NCBI GenBank assembly: GCA_030038565.1
Contig: JASHSS010000159.1
Span: 1 to 58,196, forward strand
Source of the DNA: Bryobacteraceae bacterium
GTDB taxonomy: Bacteria; Acidobacteriota; Terriglobia; Bryobacterales; Bryobacteraceae
Direction of reading: 5' to 3'
Length of the DNA: 58,196 nt
The notes below the pieces were generated by a model that did no database searches, was not told the DNA's origin, and worked only from the letters and a program-made list of their open reading frames with translations. Positions 54,049 through 58,196 of this stretch are shown piece after piece (position 1 is the stretch's first letter; the number at the start of each line of letters is the position of its first letter). Both the position numbers and the translations under genes were made by a program.

Positions 54049-56172
54049 ATGGCACATTTTCTCGCCAATTTGTTCTCGAGCGATTTCATCGCCCATCGGA
54101 TGTGCTACCGGAACGATGCCGGAGTTCTCTGGCTGAACGTTATTTCGGATTCGCTCACCGCTCTGGCCTATTACCTCATTCCGCTGCTGCTCTTTTACTT
54201 CATACGGCGGCGCAGGGATGTCGGGTTCCGGTGGATTTTCGCGGCCTTCGCTATTTTCATCCTGGCCTGCGGCACCACCCATGCGTTGGGCGCCCTCACC
54301 GTGTGGGTTCCGGTCTACCGGCTGGAAGGCGGGGTGAAAGCGATTACCGCGCTCGCCTCGCTGACCACATTTTTCCTGTTGGTCCGAATGATGCCGGAGA
54401 TCCTGGCTTTGCCCAGTCCCGCGCGGCTCGCGGCAGTGAACCGGCAACTCGCGGACGAGATTGAGGAGCGCCGCGCCGCCGAGACCGAAGTCCGCCGGAT
54501 GAACGAGGAACTCGAAGAGCGGGTCTTGCGGCGCACGGCGCAACTGACGGAAAGCGAAGGATCCTTCCGCCAACTCGCCGACGCTCTGCCCCAGATGGTA
54601 TGGATGGCCGGTTCGGACGGCCGAATAGAATACCTGAACCGCCAGTGGAGCGAGTACGCAGGAATCCTGCCCGGCGAAGCGGGTAGCCCCTCGTCGTGGA
54701 CCTCCATCGTACACACCGCGGACGCGCCCATGGCCGCGGAGCGCTGGCAGGCTTCGGTTGAAACGGGCGATCCCTTCGACGGCGAGTACCGGCTGCTGGG
54801 CAAAGACGGCGGCTACCGCTGGTTTCTGGGCCGCAGCCGGCCGGTGCTGGGCGAACACGGCAAGATTCTCCGCTGGTTCGGCACCTTCACGGATATCGAT
54901 GGCCAGAAGCGGGCGGCGGAAGAACTGAGCCATGCTCTGGAGGAATTGCGCATTGAAATGCGCCGCCGGCGTGACGTCGAGGATCAGTTGCTCCAGGCCC
55001 AGAAGATGGAAGCGATAGGCCGGCTGGCGGGCGGGGTGGCCCACGATTTCAATAACCTGCTGACGGTAATCCTGGGGTATAGCGAACTGCTGCGCGAGGA
55101 GAGCGCCGGGAACCCCACGGCGCTGGAGTTCGTCTCGGAGATCCGCAAATCCGCCGATCGCGCGTCATCCCTCACCAACCAGTTGCTGGCCTTCAGCCGC
55201 CGCCAGGTCTCCGTGCCCCGGGTGCTCGATCTGAACGAAGTGGTGTTGCAAATCGAGAAGATGCTCCACCGCATCATCGGCGAGGACGTCCAGCTAAACC
55301 TGCGGCTGGCCGATGGCTTGCCGTTCGTCAAGGTGGACCCCAGCCACATTGACCAGGTGATTATGAACCTGGCGGTGAATTCACGCGACGCCATGCCTCA
55401 GGGAGGCCGATTGACTCTGGAAACCGCGGCTGTGCGCTGGTCCAGCGAGTATGGGGATGGGCATCCCAACCTGCCGGCCGGCGATTACGTCATGCTGGCG
55501 GTGAGCGACAACGGCTGCGGCATGGATGCGGTGACGCGCGGGCGGCTGTTCGAGCCGTTTTTCACCACCAAGGAGAAAGGCAAGGGCACCGGCCTGGGCC
55601 TGTCGATCGTCTATGGCATAGTGAGGCAATCGGGCGGCGACATTCTGGTGTATAGCGAACCCGGCCAGGGCACGGTGTTCAAGATCTACCTGCCGGCCGC
55701 CGCCGGAGGGCCGGAGGGCGCCCCGGCCCCAACCGAGCCAGCCCGCCCCGAGACTGCGGGCGCGAACACCGCGGAAGGCCCAGCCGGCCCGCCACAGGCT
55801 GCCAAAACCATCCTGCTGGTGGAGGACGAAGTCCAGGTGCGCAGCCTGACCCGGACCATGCTGTCCAAGCTCGGCTACCAGGTGATCGACGCCGGTTCGG
55901 CGGCCGAGGCGCTGGAATTGCTCGACCGCACCAGCGAGCCGATCTCGCTGCTGCTGGTCGATATTGTGATGCCGGAGATGAGCGGCCCGCAACTGGCTCA
56001 GCGGGTGCTGGCCTTGCGCCCGGCAATTCCTGTGCTGTTCATGTCCGGCTACACCGACGGCATGGTGGAGCAGGGCCTGCTCGACTCCGGCACGCCGTTC
56101 ATCCAGAAGCCGTTTACGGCCGAAGGTTTGGCGCAGCGGGTGCGCGAGGCGCTGGCCGGCAGCGAGGGATAG
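54049..56172 (+). CDS. hybrid sensor histidine kinase/response regulator with ETR1-like (ethylene-binding-domain-like) membrane N-terminus, PAS, HisKA, HATPase_c and REC
   Basis: 3-TM N-terminus [50 protein letters not shown] ([27 protein letters not shown]). H-box [18 protein letters not shown] and [12 protein letters not shown] (ILLVEDE...[13 protein letters not shown]). Confidence 0.9.
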   Translation: MAHFLANLFSSDFIAHRMCYRNDAGVLWLNVISDSLTALAYYLIPLLLFYFIRRRRDVGFRWIFAAFAIFILACGTTHALGALTVWVPVYRLEGGVKAITALASLTTFFLLVRMMPEILALPSPARLAAVNRQLADEIEERRAAETEVRRMNEELEERVLRRTAQLTESEGSFRQLADALPQMVWMAGSDGRIEYLNRQWSEYAGILPGEAGSPSSWTSIVHTADAPMAAERWQASVETGDPFDGEYRLLGKDGGYRWFLGRSRPVLGEHGKILRWFGTFTDIDGQKRAAEELSHALEELRIEMRRRRDVEDQLLQAQKMEAIGRLAGGVAHDFNNLLTVILGYSELLREESAGNPTALEFVSEIRKSADRASSLTNQLLAFSRRQVSVPRVLDLNEVVLQIEKMLHRIIGEDVQLNLRLADGLPFVKVDPSHIDQVIMNLAVNSRDAMPQGGRLTLETAAVRWSSEYGDGHPNLPAGDYVMLAVSDNGCGMDAVTRGRLFEPFFTTKEKGKGTGLGLSIVYGIVRQSGGDILVYSEPGQGTVFKIYLPAAAGGPEGAPAPTEPARPETAGANTAEGPAGPPQAAKTILLVEDEVQVRSLTRTMLSKLGYQVIDAGSAAEALELLDRTSEPISLLLVDIVMPEMSGPQLAQRVLALRPAIPVLFMSGYTDGMVEQGLLDSGTPFIQKPFTAEGLAQRVREALAGSEG

Positions 56173-56278
56173 CCGGCAGGAAGCGCGGAACCCACGGCAG
56201 TCCAGCCCCCGCCGCGTCGCCCGCGTTCCCGCGGTACCGGTGGCCGCGTCTCAAAACATCGGCTGGTATGATAGAAAA

Positions 56279-57292
56279 ATGACGTTTCGCAACAGCTTTT
56301 TGTGCCTCTGTCCACTGGTTTGCCTGATGGCACAGACCCCGCCGTCCCAGTCGGCTCCCCCAGCGCCTCCCACCACCGGTTCGGCCCCGGCTTCGGTGCA
56401 GCCCGCGCCGGCTACCGTGCGGCCGCCCGGAATGCAGAATCTGCCCTTTGGACATCCCACGGCGACGCCCCCTCCCCCGCCTCCCACGGTTCCCCCCGAT
56501 CGCGTCGTGATTACGGTGGGAGATGTGAAGATCACGGCCGCCCAGTTCGATCAAATCCTGGGCCTCTTGCCTCCCCAGTCTCAAGTGCAAGCTCGCACCG
56601 CCACCGGCCGCAAACAGTTTGGCGATGCCGTGGTTAGGATTCTGGCGCTATCCGACGAGGGCCGGCGGCGCAAGCTCGATCAAACGGACGCTTTCCAGAT
56701 GCAGCTCAAATTTGCGCAGGACAACCTGCTGGCCGGGATGACGTCGATCGAGGTGGGCAAGGAAATCAAGCTGGACGATGACGAGTTGCACAAGTATTAC
56801 GACGCGCACCTGACCGAATACGAGCAGGCGCATGCCCAGCACATTCTCATTCGGGTGAAGGGTTCGCCCTCTCCGCTGCCTCCCGGGCGCGCCGACTTGA
56901 GCGACGCCGAGGCGCTCGCCAAGGCGCAGGAGATCCGCCAGAAGCTCGAAGGGGGCGCGGATTTTGCCGCCCTGGCCAAAGACGAATCCTACGATACCTC
57001 GAACGCCTCCAAAGGCGGCGACCTGGGAGAGATGCGCCACGGACAGATGGTCGGACCCTTCGATCAGGCCGTGTTTGCCATGAAACCGGGCGAGATCAGC
57101 CAGCCGGTGAAAACCCAGTTCGGCTATCACATCATCAAGCTGGAATCCAGGGAGACCAAGACCTTCCTCGAAGTGAAGCCCGAACTGGAGCGCCGCCTGA
57201 AACCGGAAATGACCCAAAAGGCCATCGAAGATATTGTGAAGAAGGATAACCCGGTGATGGATCCCGAGTTCTTCATGACGGCCAGCAAGTAA
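56279..57292 (+). CDS. secreted parvulin-type peptidyl-prolyl isomerase (SurA/PrsA-like)
   Basis: Signal peptide MTFRNSFLCLCPLVCLMAQ, a Pro-rich linker and the PPIC domain HAQHILIRV...GGDLGEMRHGQMVGPFDQAVF...GYHIIKLE. Confidence 0.85.
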   Translation: MTFRNSFLCLCPLVCLMAQTPPSQSAPPAPPTTGSAPASVQPAPATVRPPGMQNLPFGHPTATPPPPPPTVPPDRVVITVGDVKITAAQFDQILGLLPPQSQVQARTATGRKQFGDAVVRILALSDEGRRRKLDQTDAFQMQLKFAQDNLLAGMTSIEVGKEIKLDDDELHKYYDAHLTEYEQAHAQHILIRVKGSPSPLPPGRADLSDAEALAKAQEIRQKLEGGADFAALAKDESYDTSNASKGGDLGEMRHGQMVGPFDQAVFAMKPGEISQPVKTQFGYHIIKLESRETKTFLEVKPELERRLKPEMTQKAIEDIVKKDNPVMDPEFFMTASK

Positions 57293-57295
57293 GCC

Positions 57296-57610
57296 GTGCG
57301 CACCCGCAAGCTGACTATCGCGTGCCCTACCTGCGGGTCGGGCGAAGTGTTTTACAGTTGCACACCCGGCTGTTGCTTCAACCACGTCTGCGCGGAATGC
57401 GGCACCACCTTTGAACCGGTTACCCAAGCGGCCGGCGGCACGCTCGCGGGAGTTGTGCCGCCCGACCCCCTGCCGGAGGCCGCCGACCCCACCGTGGCCT
57501 GCGCGCGGTGCGATTCGACCGCCGTCTACATGACCGGCGAGGGCGCCCTGGTGTGCGCCAAATGCGGCGCCCTCCTACGCCTGGAGCTGACCGAAATCGC
57601 TCCCGGCTAA
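57296..57610 (+). CDS. double zinc-ribbon-like Cys-rich protein
   Basis: CPTCGS...CAECG and CARCDS...CAKCG pairs. The GTG start is 4 nt after the PPIase stop. Confidence 0.5.
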   Translation: MRTRKLTIACPTCGSGEVFYSCTPGCCFNHVCAECGTTFEPVTQAAGGTLAGVVPPDPLPEAADPTVACARCDSTAVYMTGEGALVCAKCGALLRLELTEIAPG

Positions 57611-57615
57611 CCAGC

Positions 57616-58164
57616 CTACTGGTTCTTGTGGGCCAGCCGGCTGCAGGCAGTTTCGGCGCCGCTGGGGTCGATGGCTACGCTGCCTTCCTCGATATGGATG
57701 ATCTTGCCTTCTTTGTCGATCACGAATGTAGCCCGGTTGGCCACTCCCGCCTGGGGGATCAGCACGCCGTAAGACTTGGACACCTCCCGGTTCGCGAAAT
57801 CGCTCAATAGCGGGAAGGAAGCATTCACCTTGGCGGCGAACTCTTTCAACGAGAAGGTGTTGTCCGTGCTGATTCCGAAGATCCTGGTTTCCGCGGTGTC
57901 AAACTTCGAATTCGCAATACCAGCCTGGTATGCCAATAGTTCCTTCGTTCAACCACCGCTGAAAGCCGCCGGGAAGAACGCCAGGACGACGTTGTCCTTC
58001 CCCCGGAACTCGGAAAGCGTGACCTTCCCGCCCGCGGTGGACGGCAAGGTGAAATCCGGCGCCATATCGCCCTCTTTGAGCTGGGTGTGCGGCGGCTGGA
58101 TATTTTGAGCCAGAAGGTTGACGGACAGGATTGCCCCGGCAACCGCGAATTGTAGGAATCGCAT
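57616..58164 (-). CDS. secreted AhpE/PrxQ-like peroxiredoxin with in-frame TGA (candidate selenocysteine) at the peroxidatic position
   Basis: Track ORFs 57949..58164 and 57616..57936 are in the same frame and are separated only by TGA at 57949-57951. The joined protein reads ...[44 protein letters not shown]...IFGISTDN...FPLLSDF...GVANRATFVIDKEG. Signal peptide MRFLQFAVAGAILSVNLLAQ. RBS GGGAGGG. Confidence 0.65.
57914..57933 (-). promoter_or_regulatory. candidate bacterial SECIS hairpin
   Basis: The minus-strand RNA GCAUACCA-GGC-UGGUA(U)UGC begins 15 nt after the UGA. The apical loop has GG, and an outer CGAA/UUCG pairing can extend the stem. Confidence 0.4.
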
Positions 58165-58196
58165 ATTCCCTCCCGTGACGTTAGCTTACCATTCCC

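Noticed and set aside
57949-57951. The TGA in the peroxiredoxin read as a simple nonsense mutation (pseudogene).
   Set aside because: This cannot be excluded without knowing whether the genome has Sec machinery. I do not favour it, for three reasons. The stop sits exactly at the catalytic Cys codon. Both halves are otherwise intact and in frame. A hairpin lies at SECIS-like distance.
1-58196. Search for tRNA, rRNA, tmRNA, RNase P, CRISPR arrays, IS elements and integrases.
   Set aside because: I saw no cloverleaf-like or conserved RNA signature in the intergenic gaps, no regularly spaced short repeats, and no transposase/integrase-like ORFs. The scan was by eye only, so small RNAs could have been missed.

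Overview
This is a 58.2-kb high-GC bacterial chromosomal segment, densely coding on both strands. I count about 47 intact CDS and 4 decayed genes or gene fragments. I recognised no rRNA, tRNA, CRISPR array, transposase or integrase by eye. The gene content suggests an Acidobacteriota-like soil bacterium (inference): an ADOP-type duplicated FtsX/MacB permease, very long CarboxypepD_reg-type TonB-dependent receptors, a DUF3300/DUF2950 pair and many ATGA/GTGA/TTGA start-stop overlaps.

Main blocks, in order:
- Tat small subunit + GMC oxidoreductase + serine hydrolase (1.1-4.8 kb).
- A giant TonB-dependent receptor (6-9.7 kb).
- A decayed Ser/Thr kinase (10.1-11.4 kb).
- A five-gene RND efflux operon (DUF190, TolC, MFP, RND, secreted protein), divergent from a CusRS-like two-component system (11.5-20.3 kb).
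- A decayed MgtC/DUF4010 gene.
- A phosphate-related block (21.4-31 kb): PafA-like phosphatase, OlsF-like bifunctional acyltransferase, and an NPP-family enzyme translationally coupled to an MGDG-synthase-like glycosyltransferase plus Gfo/Idh/MocA and TIM-barrel enzymes.
- A Tat-exported PaoABC-like molybdoenzyme (32.6-36.4 kb).
- An ADOP permease, a NarL-type two-component system, MarR-ClC, and trxB-ridA.
- A sigma-54 activator next to a TonB-dependent receptor, then DUF3300/DUF2950.
- A hybrid histidine kinase, a SurA-like PPIase and a peroxiredoxin.

Most noteworthy observations:
1. The hybrid kinase N-terminus aligns gaplessly with the plant ETR1 ethylene-binding domain, with all key residues conserved.
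2. The peroxiredoxin has an in-frame TGA exactly at the peroxidatic Cys position, followed by a hairpin, so it is a candidate selenoprotein.
3. The 21.4-31 kb block is a candidate phosphate-sparing lipid-remodelling locus.
4. A 186-nt internal fragment of the OlsF-like gene is duplicated at about 96% identity inside a gene-decay scar.
5. An 11-bp-phased triple direct repeat sits in the efflux/two-component divergent promoter.

All functional calls rest on motif recognition by eye. No database search was run.
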